Assembly: GCA_963710605.1 (NCBI GenBank)
Contig: CAVQBA010000005.1
Location: 128,001 to 192,000, forward strand
DNA length: 64,000 nucleotides
From: an uncultured cyanobacterium
GTDB taxonomy: Bacteria > Cyanobacteriota > Cyanobacteriia > Cyanobacteriales > Cyanobacteriaceae
Direction: 5' to 3'
Position 1 is the first letter of the stretch. Each line of letters opens with the position of its first letter. Positions 21,349 to 32,482 of the stretch are shown piece by piece. A model generated the notes under the pieces. It was not told where the DNA came from and searched no databases. It was given only the letters and a program-made list of their open reading frames with translations. Position numbers and translations under genes: made by a program.

Positions 21349-22413
21349 CTATATATACAATTGCTCATATTGACGGATATATTTGTCAACCATATTTTCA
21401 ATCGAAAAATGAAGCGATCGTTCAAACCCATTTTTTCCATAAGTATTACGAACATTAGAATCTAAGAAAAATCTGACAGATTCGGCAATTTCTTCAGGAC
21501 TATCGGGTGAAATTAATACGCCACAATTGTTGGGAATATCAACAATTTCCTTGAGTCCGGGTACGTTACTAGCAATAACAGGCAAACCTGTATTCATCGC
21601 CTCTACTGCGGCTAACCCGAATCCTTCCCATAACGAACAGATAACAAAAATATCTGCTTCAGAGAAAAAATTGGATATATTTTCCACATAGCCACAAAAA
21701 TTTACTTTTTTATTTAGTGATAGTTTGGAACATAATTCTTTTAAAGAATCTTCTTTTTCTCCTAATCCAGCAATACGGTATTCAAAATCAATGTCTTTGA
21801 GTAAACTTAATCCTTTGAGTATGGTTTCATAATTTTTTACCTTGTGTAATCTACCCGCAGAAACAATAGTTAACTTTTTTTTGTTTAGCCTCGGTTGAAA
21901 AGAATTGAAGGGTAAAACAGTGCCATTTTCAATAACCTTACATTTATCTTTTTGTGAAGGTATCCAATTTCCCAATGCCTCTTTAGTACCTTCACTAATA
22001 CAATAAATTTGATCGTAATAAGGATAAATTTGTCGATCAATCGATTTTCCTAGTTGAGTTCCTCTCCTACGATTGCTTGTGCTATGTTCTGTCATGACTA
22101 ATTTTCCTTTCCATCCTAAAATTCTACAACTAAGGCCTACGTAAAAAATAGCGGGAAAGAGATGAGCATGGATAATATCTGTACTGTGACAATTATTCTT
22201 AATATATTGAAATACGGAAAAAAAACTTGTTAGATTGTAAACTGAAGGCTTCATAAAAGAACGAGCAAAATCAATCTCATCTACTTCTCCACATAAAGCA
22301 ATAATAGAAGAATCTATGCCCGCTCTTAGTAAACCTTGATGGAGATATATTGCTATTCGCTGTGCACCACCATTTTTTAGAACGATATCATCAATAATAT
22401 GGTGTATTTTCAA
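21349..22413 (-). CDS. GT4 glycosyltransferase
   Basis: GGAQR, AGRLHKVKN, EGFGLAAVEAM. Confidence 0.92.
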   Translation of the reverse strand: MKIHHIIDDIVLKNGGAQRIAIYLHQGLLRAGIDSSIIALCGEVDEIDFARSFMKPSVYNLTSFFSVFQYIKNNCHSTDIIHAHLFPAIFYVGLSCRILGWKGKLVMTEHSTSNRRRGTQLGKSIDRQIYPYYDQIYCISEGTKEALGNWIPSQKDKCKVIENGTVLPFNSFQPRLNKKKLTIVSAGRLHKVKNYETILKGLSLLKDIDFEYRIAGLGEKEDSLKELCSKLSLNKKVNFCGYVENISNFFSEADIFVICSLWEGFGLAAVEAMNTGLPVIASNVPGLKEIVDIPNNCGVLISPDSPEEIAESVRFFLDSNVRNTYGKNGFERSLHFSIENMVDKYIRQYEQLYI

Positions 22414-22417
22414 TTTT

Positions 22418-23548
22418 TTACAAGCTCCTATATATATTCGCTATACTCTCTGCCGTATCTTTCCATTGAAAGTTTTTAACTCTTTGTAAACCCAGATCTG
22501 GATATTTTTGTCTTAAGGGTTCATTTAAAGCAAAGTTTTCGATCGCTTCTGCTATATCAGTAACAGAAAATGGGTTTATAAGACAAGCGGCATTACCCGC
22601 AATTTCTGGTAAAGAAGAAATATTAGAGGTAATTACAGGACAACCCGCCGCCATCGCTTCTAAAACAGTTAAGCCAAAACCTTCAAAAAGAGATGGATGA
22701 ATATAAAAATCAGCACTTTGATAGAGTGCTTTAAGTTGTTGTTCGCTGACATATCCTAAATGATGGACTTTTGACGAGCAGTTAGAATCTTGTAATTTGT
22801 TAAAAATTGCTTCAGAGTCCCAACCTTTTCCACCAACCAAAGCTAAGTGATGAGGGATTAAATCGTGGACACGACTAAACGCTTCTAAAACTCTACCGAT
22901 ATTTTTACGAGGACTCATTGCACCAGCAGAAAGAAAAAAAGGTGTATTTTGAGGAGGTAGATTATTTAACTCTTGGTATAAATCGATCGAAACAGGAGTA
23001 GTAAAACTATCTTCAACTCCTTCATGAACAACAAATATTCTTGATGATAAATGTTCCCCTCCATATTCTACCACTTCATCCGCTGTTGCTTGAGATACAC
23101 AGACAATCGCATCAGCTTGATTAGCCATCTGCTCAAAACTACGTTTAAATAGATATGCAGGAGAATCGGAAAAATAACTCGGATGAGTGAGTGGACCAAT
23201 ATCATGGACTGTTACAACCAACTTTTTGCGGGTGGCAACAGGAAAACCCAAAGCAAGAATATGAGTTATATCAATGGAATCTTTTAGTAAATATTCAATG
23301 GGAGGATTATTTAGTAACAACCATGCTAAAGGAGTTAGCTTTCTACCTCCAGGTACAATTTTTAACTGATTTTCTTTTTTGAATTTGTTTAATTCATTAG
23401 TCGAGCAACTACTCCATGTTGTAGTAGGAAAAAGATTTAGGTCAGAAAAATTAGTCAGTTCTTGAGAAAGCTGACGAGCATAACGGGCTGTACCATGACC
23501 ATCAGTAAGGCTAAGACCATAATTGTTAGAAAATAAAATTACCTTCAT
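22418..23548 (-). CDS. GT4 glycosyltransferase (MtfB/mannosyltransferase-like)
   Basis: VTVHD, PRKN, PSLFEGFGLTVLEAMAAGCPV. Confidence 0.92.
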   Translation of the reverse strand: MKVILFSNNYGLSLTDGHGTARYARQLSQELTNFSDLNLFPTTTWSSCSTNELNKFKKENQLKIVPGGRKLTPLAWLLLNNPPIEYLLKDSIDITHILALGFPVATRKKLVVTVHDIGPLTHPSYFSDSPAYLFKRSFEQMANQADAIVCVSQATADEVVEYGGEHLSSRIFVVHEGVEDSFTTPVSIDLYQELNNLPPQNTPFFLSAGAMSPRKNIGRVLEAFSRVHDLIPHHLALVGGKGWDSEAIFNKLQDSNCSSKVHHLGYVSEQQLKALYQSADFYIHPSLFEGFGLTVLEAMAAGCPVITSNISSLPEIAGNAACLINPFSVTDIAEAIENFALNEPLRQKYPDLGLQRVKNFQWKDTAESIANIYRSL

Positions 23549-24117
23549 GAGAAAAATAGCTTGATTATTATGATTGTTTTAATTACAAAAAAACTAATTA
23601 TTTTGATTTAAGTTAACTTTCCTTTTTTAAAGATAGTTGATAATCTTTCTTCTAAAAAAGTAAAATATAGCTGACCAAATATTACTGAAAAAAATACGAG
23701 TAACGCAACAAAAAAATATCTAAAATTATTAAAATTAGCTGGTAAATATATAAAATTAGGTTAATTATATATTATAAAATATGAGTTCAATAGACCTTTT
23801 TTATAATTAGTTACTTAATATAATATGGGAAATACTATTAAATTTAATAAAATAATTAAAATTACTCAAAAGTAATACCACAATGTGAAATTAGTTTTAC
23901 AAAAGTTTAACACCATATCATGTAAACTGAATTAACTTACTTATAATTTTTTATTTCTGAAAACGTAGCCTAAAAATATTTATTATTAATAGAAAATAAA
24001 TATTTGGACGACTGTATTTTAGTAAGATAAAAGAGCTGAAAACATTTATTAAACATATTAATAAATTATTAAACATTTTAAATATGTAAAACAATACTTA
24101 TTATTGAGAAAAATTTT

Positions 24118-24966
24118 ATGAAATATAAACCAAATTTCTTAGGTATTGGAGCTGTTCGTAGCGGTAGCACGTGGTTACACAATATTCTTTCCTCACATCC
24201 TGATTTTTTACTTCCTTCTAGAAGAAAAGAAATACAATTCTTCACAAAATACTGGGATAAAGGAGTTGATTGGTACTATGATATTTTTACTGAAAATTTA
24301 TCAACAAATGAGAGTAATTTTAAATATATCGGTGAAATTACACCTGGTTATCTAATTGCTCCTCAAGGTCCTTCAAGAATTGCAAAACTACAGCATTTTG
24401 AAAAATTTGTTTTAATTCTTAGAAATCCTGTCAATCGAGTAATTTCTCACTATAAATGGCATTTAAGAGTTACAGGAGAGAACCCCTCTTTTGAAGATTT
24501 TTGTCATTCTTTAAAAAGAATATCAATTGAAAACAGCCTTTACTATACACATCTCAAACGTTATCTTGAATATTTCGATCTTGACCAATTTTTGATTCTC
24601 ATTTTTGAAGAAGTAACAACTTCTCCAGAAGTTGCTTTTGGTCAATTAGGAGATTTTTTTAATGTAGACCCATCATTGTTTTCATTACCAGAAAAAACTA
24701 ATTTAAGTACTATACCTCGATACAGAAGTCTTTTTAAAATAGCTCATAGATTTACCGAAACATGCCGTAGGAATGATCTAGATTGGATTCCTAATTTACT
24801 AATCGAAATAGGGGGAAAAAAATTGTTAGAGAGCAAAAAGACTAAACAACTTGAAGTAGAAATTTCCCACGAGCAGAAAGAATTAGTCTATCAAAATTTA
24901 ATAGGTGAAATTTTGATGCTTGAATCGCTTCTCAAAAGAGATTTATCAATCTGGAAAAATAATTAA
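24118..24966 (+). CDS. sulfotransferase
   Basis: PAPS loop IGAVRSGSTWL, KEIQFF, GEITPGY, LRNPVNRVISHY. Confidence 0.92.
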   Translation: MKYKPNFLGIGAVRSGSTWLHNILSSHPDFLLPSRRKEIQFFTKYWDKGVDWYYDIFTENLSTNESNFKYIGEITPGYLIAPQGPSRIAKLQHFEKFVLILRNPVNRVISHYKWHLRVTGENPSFEDFCHSLKRISIENSLYYTHLKRYLEYFDLDQFLILIFEEVTTSPEVAFGQLGDFFNVDPSLFSLPEKTNLSTIPRYRSLFKIAHRFTETCRRNDLDWIPNLLIEIGGKKLLESKKTKQLEVEISHEQKELVYQNLIGEILMLESLLKRDLSIWKNN

Positions 24967-24992
24967 TTAATTAAATGCAATTAATTTAATTT

Positions 24993-26006
24993 TTAATGAC
25001 TTTTAATTGCCAAAAATGTAGCCCCAAAAAATTTGTTCCAAATAAGGTGGAGCGATCGTCGTGAATCTCTGGGAAGTAACATTCCCAACAAGGCAGCATA
25101 ACTGTCAAAAACAAACGGCCAGTTAATGATAGCTAGTATTTGATACTTAAAAGCTTGAACGATCGAGATCTGATGATGGAAATATACACGTCCTATTCGG
25201 CGGTAGAAAGAAGCTTTTGCCGCTTGCCTGACGTTAAAAGGACATTGTTTACGTAAGTGAGCATATTTTTTCACGATCGTTTTATAAGCATCAATTTCTT
25301 TTTGAGGATTAGATGCGGTGCGTATTCCACCATGTACTCGATAATCTACTAATATTTCAGGAACTACCCCAATTTTAGTGTAAGAAGCTAAGCGAATCCA
25401 CATATCCCAATCCTGACGTGCTAACAAATCCTCATCAAAAACTCCTACTTGCTCAAATACTTGCGATCGTATTATATATGTAGAAGTTGGAGCTGTTACA
25501 TCATGAATTAGCATTTGCTGTATTAAATCACCACTAGGATAGTCTCTTGGAGAAGCCGTTTCTATTAGTTGTTCTTTTTCGTGAATTAATACTTGCTGTA
25601 ATCCACAATATACCCCACCAATATCTCGATCGTTTTCAAATACAGCCATCTGTTTCTCGATCTTATCTAAATGCCAAAGATCATCACTATCTAAAAAAGC
25701 GACAAAATCTCCTGAGCTTTCTTTAATACCTTGATTACGTGCTGGGTTCCCACCTTTATTTTCTTGATATATATAGCGAACGCATAAATCTTTATCTTGG
25801 TTGCACTCATCTATCCAATTTTGTACTACTGTCTCAGTATCATCTGTTGAACCATCATCAACCACTATTATTTCTAAAGGTCGATAACTTTGCTTATAGA
25901 TACTATTTAAGGCATCAACAATTAATGAGGCACGATTATATGTAGGTACAATAACCGAAACTAACTTGTTCTTATCTACCATTACTTTTTCCTCTACTTT
26001 TCCCAT
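24993..26006 (-). CDS. GT2 glycosyltransferase
   Basis: VSVIVPTYNR, DDGSTD, FLDSDD, QDWDMW. Confidence 0.92.
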   Translation of the reverse strand: MGKVEEKVMVDKNKLVSVIVPTYNRASLIVDALNSIYKQSYRPLEIIVVDDGSTDDTETVVQNWIDECNQDKDLCVRYIYQENKGGNPARNQGIKESSGDFVAFLDSDDLWHLDKIEKQMAVFENDRDIGGVYCGLQQVLIHEKEQLIETASPRDYPSGDLIQQMLIHDVTAPTSTYIIRSQVFEQVGVFDEDLLARQDWDMWIRLASYTKIGVVPEILVDYRVHGGIRTASNPQKEIDAYKTIVKKYAHLRKQCPFNVRQAAKASFYRRIGRVYFHHQISIVQAFKYQILAIINWPFVFDSYAALLGMLLPRDSRRSLHLIWNKFFGATFLAIKSH

Positions 26007-26821
26007 TTTTCTTTTAATTGTATTTCGAGATTATCGCGAGGAATTCTATTTTGTTCGTCCCAAACCAACGCACAAGCTCTAAACATCGCATCCGCAGAAT
26101 GTATAGCAAACATTAGTCCTAATGTTCCATCTAAATAACCTTGTTTTAAAAATAGCTTACGTATAAATTCGATCGTTGGTAATAACAAGAGATGAAACCA
26201 AGCTATCTCGTTATATTTATTAGCAATTCTTTGACTCTGTTCTTCAGAATAGTTAAAACTCTTTTTCATACGAGATTTGTAGGAAGAATCATTTAAATGC
26301 CACATTTTTGCTTGCAATTGACCGATACGTTCGGGGGAAGAGTCGAGAACACATTCTTCGTGAAACATTCCTTCAAAATGAAAAAGATGACGACGAGCTA
26401 AATGAACCAGATTCCAGTCCTGCCAACCACCACCTTTCATCGGACGGTGAAGAAAAAAATTTAATCTTCGGTATCGATAACCATCTTTTGAACTATCCTC
26501 AATTGCACTCATAATTTCTTTAGCCAATTCTGGCGTAACTCTTTCGTCGATATCCATGTGTAATAACCAATCACTTTGAGCATTATTAATTCCTTTATTC
26601 CTCTGTTGAGCATAGTATTCTCCTTCTTTACGAGGAGAAACAATAAACTTGACTTTTTCGTCAAAATTTGTAGCTATTGATAATGTTCGATCGGTAGAGC
26701 CATCATCCATAATCACAATTTCATCTACCCATGAGACTAAATTACTTAAAAAACCGGGCAAATCTTGCTCTTCATTATAAGAAATTGCTACCACACCTAA
26801 AGTTACTTTATTAGTAGTCAT
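25994..26821 (-). CDS. GT2 beta-glucosyltransferase (KdtX/WaaE-like)
   Basis: NEEQDL, DDGSTDRT, QRN, MDIDE, GYLDGTLG. Confidence 0.88.
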   Translation of the reverse strand: MTTNKVTLGVVAISYNEEQDLPGFLSNLVSWVDEIVIMDDGSTDRTLSIATNFDEKVKFIVSPRKEGEYYAQQRNKGINNAQSDWLLHMDIDERVTPELAKEIMSAIEDSSKDGYRYRRLNFFLHRPMKGGGWQDWNLVHLARRHLFHFEGMFHEECVLDSSPERIGQLQAKMWHLNDSSYKSRMKKSFNYSEEQSQRIANKYNEIAWFHLLLLPTIEFIRKLFLKQGYLDGTLGLMFAIHSADAMFRACALVWDEQNRIPRDNLEIQLKEKWEK

Positions 26822-26897
26822 AAAAGATATTTTGTATATATAACGATCGAATTAATTGTATCTAAATTTCAAGATTAAAAAAATCAAGTAAATATAT

Positions 26898-27845
26898 TTA
26901 TTCTAAATTGTTGCTTTTAAAATTATTTTTTGTTTGTAATATTTTGGGGGTTATAATTCTATCTTTGAAACGAGAGACGAACAATTTTAATTGGTTTCTT
27001 AACTTTTGTTTAATTCTCATACTTAAAGGAGGCAAAGGTTTTACAGGATTAACGATCTCAATATCGCTATATGCTAGTCTGTAAGCCATTTCTTTTACCT
27101 CTTGAGCTAGTTGAAGTCTAAAAAATGGGTCACTCATCCATTTTTCGATAGAATAAGCATTAACTTTATCTCCTACCAAAGTGCTTTCTTCTACACCAAT
27201 AAACTGGCATATTTCTTTAAATTTATCAATAGGTTGTTTGATTATATCTTCATAACGGCAAAGCATAAATTGATCGGGAGCAAGATATTCTTTGAACCGA
27301 AAAAGATTTTGATGTAGTTCTAACCATCCGTACTGGCGTTTTTCTGGTGCAGTATGGAATAATTTTTGTGCTGAATACATAACCGAGAGCGGATTTCTGA
27401 CTAAGCCGATAATCTTAACTTGAAAATTGGTCTGAGCAATCCACTCTAATATTAATTCTAAACATCCCCAATGAGCAAGAAACTGTGGTGATTTTTCAAA
27501 GAAAACTGGTTGAGCAAATTTTTCACATAGCTCTTCCCAACCCTGAAAAACTAATTCTCGATCGTCTTTCGGTATTTTAAAATTCGGTACATTTCTTACA
27601 ATCAAATCTTCGGTGTAGATTCGTGCATTAGTTCTACTTCCATATCCTTCGTAAACTTTGTTACCACTAAAAAGAGATGGATCTAGACTAAGCATAACTG
27701 CTCCCTTTAACCAATGATGAGTTTCTAAATAGGTATGAGGAGAATAGGAAACAGTCTGAATTGCAGGGTGACGACATAACTCTCTTTGAAACATTGTCGA
27801 GCCCGATCGTTTGTCAGAAAGTAAAATAACTATTGTTTTTTTCAT
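26898..27845 (-). CDS. sulfotransferase
   Basis: KRSGSTM, FEKSP, VRNPLSV, RYEDII. Confidence 0.88.
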   Translation of the reverse strand: MKKTIVILLSDKRSGSTMFQRELCRHPAIQTVSYSPHTYLETHHWLKGAVMLSLDPSLFSGNKVYEGYGSRTNARIYTEDLIVRNVPNFKIPKDDRELVFQGWEELCEKFAQPVFFEKSPQFLAHWGCLELILEWIAQTNFQVKIIGLVRNPLSVMYSAQKLFHTAPEKRQYGWLELHQNLFRFKEYLAPDQFMLCRYEDIIKQPIDKFKEICQFIGVEESTLVGDKVNAYSIEKWMSDPFFRLQLAQEVKEMAYRLAYSDIEIVNPVKPLPPLSMRIKQKLRNQLKLFVSRFKDRIITPKILQTKNNFKSNNLE

Positions 27846-27900
27846 AAAGTTTAAAGCCGCTAAATAACTAATTTAAAAATATGGGAAAATCTTCAATCTA

Positions 27901-29331
27901 CTAATTAAATTTATTTTCTTTCACTTGATTAAGCAAGTTTTCTTTCTTTTCCTGAAATTGAATTTGATAAATATTTTCGCATGCTAGTAAGATGCCCAAA
28001 AAGAGAAAAAAGACAGCGGCACCACGTGGTGCTGAAACAATACCATGACCAAAAGCCCACCAAGGTAGCAAACCAAACCATGCTGTTAACAAAGCTTGCC
28101 AAATTCCAACCATCGGAATTTTCCATCTTTTTGTTTGATGTAAGCGTTTATATATTAGATTAAAAGATGAAAACATGAGTATTATCTGGCACAGTGCCCC
28201 TCCTACTCCATAAGCATAATAAGCCATACCTGGTATAGCGTGGTTCGCAGCTACTGCTTCTGCATATTTATTACCACCCCATCGGCGTTGAGTGATGCCC
28301 GAACCGGCAATTAAAAAAGAAGGATAAACAAGAACATGATCAAAAGGTTGAACGTATGCTAAAAATCTTTCCTGTTCTGAGCTTCCTTCTAATGGTTTGT
28401 CCAAAGTAACTTCAGTTTTAGAAACTATTCTGTTCACCAATGGAAGATTAGATGATATTGACTGAGTATTAAGCAATCCGCCAAAGAAAATGAGAAGTAA
28501 CATCATTATAATTCCTAAAATTTTTGCTTTAAATTTTTTTTCACCCCAAAATAATGTAGAGAGAATGATTAATACGACACTCAACCAAGCAGTACGTCCA
28601 TAGGTAGCCAAAATACCTAAAGGAATTATCATAATTGACACTCTGTGAATATTTCGCCACAGTTTTTCCCCAGAAAAAAATTGTGAACCCATAAATAACA
28701 TTGGATAAAGAGCGGCTATAACTCCTGAAGAGAAAGTAGATGACCCGATTAAAGTCCTACCTCTGTAAGCTCCATCATATACATTGTCATAAAATTCATC
28801 ACCATCCACTAGTTGCTCGGCTGCAGGTTCTAAAAAAGGTATTGAAAGAAAAAAATTAACAATTCCTCTAGTAAATGGTATCGAATATAAAATAGAGAGA
28901 AGTGAAGAGAGTAATAACCCTATATATAATCCTTTCATGACTAACTTTAAATCCTCCAATTGAGTAATTAGTTTGGGTATAAGTTTACTAATAGATACCA
29001 CGAGAAAGAACCGACAAATTAAATATATGTGTTGAGAGATAAAACCATATGTAATAATACCTCTACATTCTCCAAGGATAATAAAACATAAATAAATACC
29101 AATTACTTTAATGATAAAACGACCATTATGTGAGTAAATAGGTAATATTGATTTTTTAGTTTTTAATATTAAGTAAAATAGAATAATATCGATCGCATAC
29201 AATGGAAAACCTAATTTAACGCTTAACTTTGGGATACCACTTATCAAAAATATTAGAAGGGTTAATGTTCTTAATAACCTTTGTTTTTTTTCGTACGTTT
29301 TGGTGTTATTGATAATCCCGGTAAATTGCAT
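27901..29331 (-). CDS. Wzy/O-antigen-ligase-like membrane protein
   Basis: About 11 TM segments; ATYGRTAW, periplasmic loop with R, HAIP..YGVGG. Confidence 0.75.
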   Translation of the reverse strand: MQFTGIINNTKTYEKKQRLLRTLTLLIFLISGIPKLSVKLGFPLYAIDIILFYLILKTKKSILPIYSHNGRFIIKVIGIYLCFIILGECRGIITYGFISQHIYLICRFFLVVSISKLIPKLITQLEDLKLVMKGLYIGLLLSSLLSILYSIPFTRGIVNFFLSIPFLEPAAEQLVDGDEFYDNVYDGAYRGRTLIGSSTFSSGVIAALYPMLFMGSQFFSGEKLWRNIHRVSIMIIPLGILATYGRTAWLSVVLIILSTLFWGEKKFKAKILGIIMMLLLIFFGGLLNTQSISSNLPLVNRIVSKTEVTLDKPLEGSSEQERFLAYVQPFDHVLVYPSFLIAGSGITQRRWGGNKYAEAVAANHAIPGMAYYAYGVGGALCQIILMFSSFNLIYKRLHQTKRWKIPMVGIWQALLTAWFGLLPWWAFGHGIVSAPRGAAVFFLFLGILLACENIYQIQFQEKKENLLNQVKENKFN

Positions 29332-29366
29332 TTTGTTTATTAAAGTTTTCAGAAATTATATTGAAA

Positions 29367-30629
29367 TCAATAAGATGTTTTTTTTATATAAACCAAGTAT
29401 TTTTTTAGGATTACCTTTAGTGGAAGAGGAAGATAACTTTTCCAAGTTTTTCTATAAGTTGGATCGATTTCAAACTCAGACCAAGGAATTGGTTCAAATT
29501 CGGGTAAAGATAAGTTCATCACCTGCTCAAATAAATTGGCATAGTTTTTAGCGGCGATCGATGAACTAAAATGCTCGTGAGCTTTTTTCAAGGTTGCTTT
29601 TGATATTTGCTCTAATATAGTTGGATTATTCTCCATTTTGGCAACGTATCTAGCAAAAATTTGACAATCACCCATAGGGGCAATAAAGCCTGTACGATCG
29701 TGATCTAAAACAAAATCTGTGATGCCTTCGATTAAAAAAGCGACAGGAGTACAACCAGCCATCATCGCTTCTAATAATGCATTAGGACACCCTTCAAAAT
29801 GAGAAGTAAACAGAAAAATATCGGTAGATTTAAGAAAATCTGGCACTTCGTCTTTCATAATAGCACCCAGAAATTCTACTTCTTTCGATCGTACGTAGGG
29901 TTTGAGTTCTTTTTCTAAAAGCGATCGATGTATTCCTTTACCCGCAATACGAAGATGGAAATTTACTCCTAACGCTTTTAATTCTTTAACAATCTCAGGA
30001 AGGTAAAGTACTCCTTTTTGCTTATGTTCTAATCGTCCTAAAAATCCTAATTGGATTAGTGAATTTGGTTTACAAAGACGAGGTAAAGCATCGGCAAAAT
30101 TGCGGGGGTCGATGCCGTTAGGTATGAGATGAATCAAATTAGGGTCAGCATCATATTTTTCTACCAAATCTTTTTTTAATCGAGGAGTTAAAGCAACGAT
30201 CGCCATTAAACGTTCTCGCCCAGACATAGTAACTCGATAACCTTGGTCAAAAGCATTAGCACAACGGGAAATAACACGAATCGATTTTGGTAAATGAGGT
30301 AAAGCAGAAAGAATAGCAATAGAATTAATTGCCATTACTATATCTATATTATTTTCTTGGCACCACTGAGTAAATACGATCGCTTGCTTTTTTATATCAT
30401 TTGTTTTTTCTGCTAAAAAGACACAACCCTCATCAACATATTCTTTTTCTACTAAAGCCATTTCTCTTTTACCCACAGTTACACAACGTAAATCTATTCC
30501 GTAAAGTTTTAATGCTGGTCTTAGATTGCGGTAAAAAGTAAAAGTACCACCATCTTTAGGAACAGAACCAAATGCAACTGTAATTGTTTTTACTTCCATA
30601 TAAGTCAATATTTTTCTATTGTTACTCAA
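29367..30629 (-). CDS. GT4 glycosyltransferase
   Basis: GRLEHKQKG, EGCPNALLEAM. Confidence 0.9.
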   Translation of the reverse strand: MSNNRKILTYMEVKTITVAFGSVPKDGGTFTFYRNLRPALKLYGIDLRCVTVGKREMALVEKEYVDEGCVFLAEKTNDIKKQAIVFTQWCQENNIDIVMAINSIAILSALPHLPKSIRVISRCANAFDQGYRVTMSGRERLMAIVALTPRLKKDLVEKYDADPNLIHLIPNGIDPRNFADALPRLCKPNSLIQLGFLGRLEHKQKGVLYLPEIVKELKALGVNFHLRIAGKGIHRSLLEKELKPYVRSKEVEFLGAIMKDEVPDFLKSTDIFLFTSHFEGCPNALLEAMMAGCTPVAFLIEGITDFVLDHDRTGFIAPMGDCQIFARYVAKMENNPTILEQISKATLKKAHEHFSSSIAAKNYANLFEQVMNLSLPEFEPIPWSEFEIDPTYRKTWKSYLPLPLKVILKKYLVYIKKTSY

Positions 30630-30634
30630 TCAAT

Positions 30635-32431
30635 TTATTTGTTAGATGGCGATATCACCTCTTCGTAGGAACCGACTCGAACAATCTCACCCCGATCGAA
30701 TTTAATGACTCGATCGCAATTTTCTAAAGTACTCAAACGATGAGCTATCAAAATAATTGTGAACTGATTACTAAGATTATTGATAGCTGCCATAACCTCT
30801 TTTTCCGTGTCATTATCCAAAGCACTAGTTGCTTCATCAAAAACAATTACTGATGCTTCTTTATACAATGCTCTAGCAATACCAAGACGTTGACGTTGAC
30901 CTCCTGATAATCTCATCCCGCCCTCACCTACAGAAGTATTGTATTTTAAGGGTAAAGTTTCAATAAATTCATCAATTTGAGCCAATTGTGCTGCTTTACG
31001 AACACGAGAGAAATTAATCTGTTCGGGGTGTATTCCAAACGCAATATTTTCTAGAATAGAAGCATCGCGCAAAAAAATCTGTTGGGATACGTGGGCGATA
31101 TTCTTCTGCCATTGACGTAAGCTTTTTCCTTCAATAGTTAAGCCATCAACACAAATATACCCTTGATTAGGTTTTAAAAGCCCTAAAATCAAATCTGCTG
31201 TAGTACTTTTTCCACTACCAGTACCACCAATAAATCCGACAGTAGTTTTTGCTTTAATTGTAAAACTCAAATTTTTAAGTATCCAATCGCCATCATCACT
31301 ATAACGAAACCAAACTTTTTCAAATTGTAGATTTGTGTCAAATTTCAATCCTTCTTCAGGAATCCATGTCACTAGAGGATTAACAGGACGTTGTAACTCA
31401 ATTAAAACGTTAACTAAAGAATGTCGGCAAGATTGAATTTGATTAAAACTAGAAAAAATTCTTTGAATAGAAGGAAGTATTCGGATAGCACCTAAAGTAA
31501 CAGTTCCCATTAGTGGTAAAACTTGACCGAAATCATCAGTCTGTAACAAGAAAACCAAGGCTATGATGATTACAAAAATCATCAATAATCCTTGAATGAT
31601 AGCTAAAGGTGATTGAGTAATGATAGAATTTTGAGCTTGGGTATTACAAACAATTTTATCTATATTGCGATGATTTACAAGAAATAAATCTTGAATTTCA
31701 CCAATTAAAATCTCTTTAATTCCGCCAAAGGTTTCTTGAATTATCTGAATCATTTCTTTATTTTTCTCTACCAAGATTTTGCTATTTCGCATTAGTTGTT
31801 TTTTACGAAGGTGATATATCCCCCAGAAAATTACGCCCAAAATCATACCGATAAATAGAACAAAACCACCTTTAGCAAGATACAAACCAGTTGATAAAAT
31901 AAAAAGTAAAATTAGACTATTAAGGATCGAAAGAAGACTATTTAAAACTCCTCCTGCTATTTTTCGAGAATCTCCCATTAAAGAATTAATTAAATAACTA
32001 CTATTATGGAGTAAATAAAAATTATAGTTTTGTTGTAAAAATATATTATATATTTGACGGCTTATAGTATTAGAAATACTTGCCATTAAATTATTTTGTT
32101 TATAGATAAGAAATATTCTTAAACCAGTACTAATGAATATTATGAAAACCCAAGCTGTACTCAAAGCTAGAATTAACCCAAGTGAAGTTTGAATATAAAA
32201 AAAATCTAATGTTGGCTTAAAGGTTGGATTATCAGCTATAAAGGATGGATTGCTCAGAACGGTTAAAAAAGGCAGGGTAGAACCCAAACTTACAACTTCT
32301 GTAAAAGAAGAAACTACCATCAAAATTAAGAGAATAATTAACTGATAGCGATGATAACTACTTAAGTATTGAAATAATTGCAGTAATTGTTGAAATAAAT
32401 TTTTACCAATTATCTTTGTCTGTTTAGGCAT
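30635..32431 (-). CDS. ABC exporter, fused permease/ATPase (HepA/PglK-like flippase)
   Basis: GGTGSGKST, LSGGQRQR, DEATSALD; N-terminal TM domain. Confidence 0.92.
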   Translation of the reverse strand: MPKQTKIIGKNLFQQLLQLFQYLSSYHRYQLIILLILMVVSSFTEVVSLGSTLPFLTVLSNPSFIADNPTFKPTLDFFYIQTSLGLILALSTAWVFIIFISTGLRIFLIYKQNNLMASISNTISRQIYNIFLQQNYNFYLLHNSSYLINSLMGDSRKIAGGVLNSLLSILNSLILLFILSTGLYLAKGGFVLFIGMILGVIFWGIYHLRKKQLMRNSKILVEKNKEMIQIIQETFGGIKEILIGEIQDLFLVNHRNIDKIVCNTQAQNSIITQSPLAIIQGLLMIFVIIIALVFLLQTDDFGQVLPLMGTVTLGAIRILPSIQRIFSSFNQIQSCRHSLVNVLIELQRPVNPLVTWIPEEGLKFDTNLQFEKVWFRYSDDGDWILKNLSFTIKAKTTVGFIGGTGSGKSTTADLILGLLKPNQGYICVDGLTIEGKSLRQWQKNIAHVSQQIFLRDASILENIAFGIHPEQINFSRVRKAAQLAQIDEFIETLPLKYNTSVGEGGMRLSGGQRQRLGIARALYKEASVIVFDEATSALDNDTEKEVMAAINNLSNQFTIILIAHRLSTLENCDRVIKFDRGEIVRVGSYEEVISPSNK

Positions 32432-32482
32432 TATTAAATAATAATTTATTTTGTTTTATTATAGATACTTTTGATAATTAAA

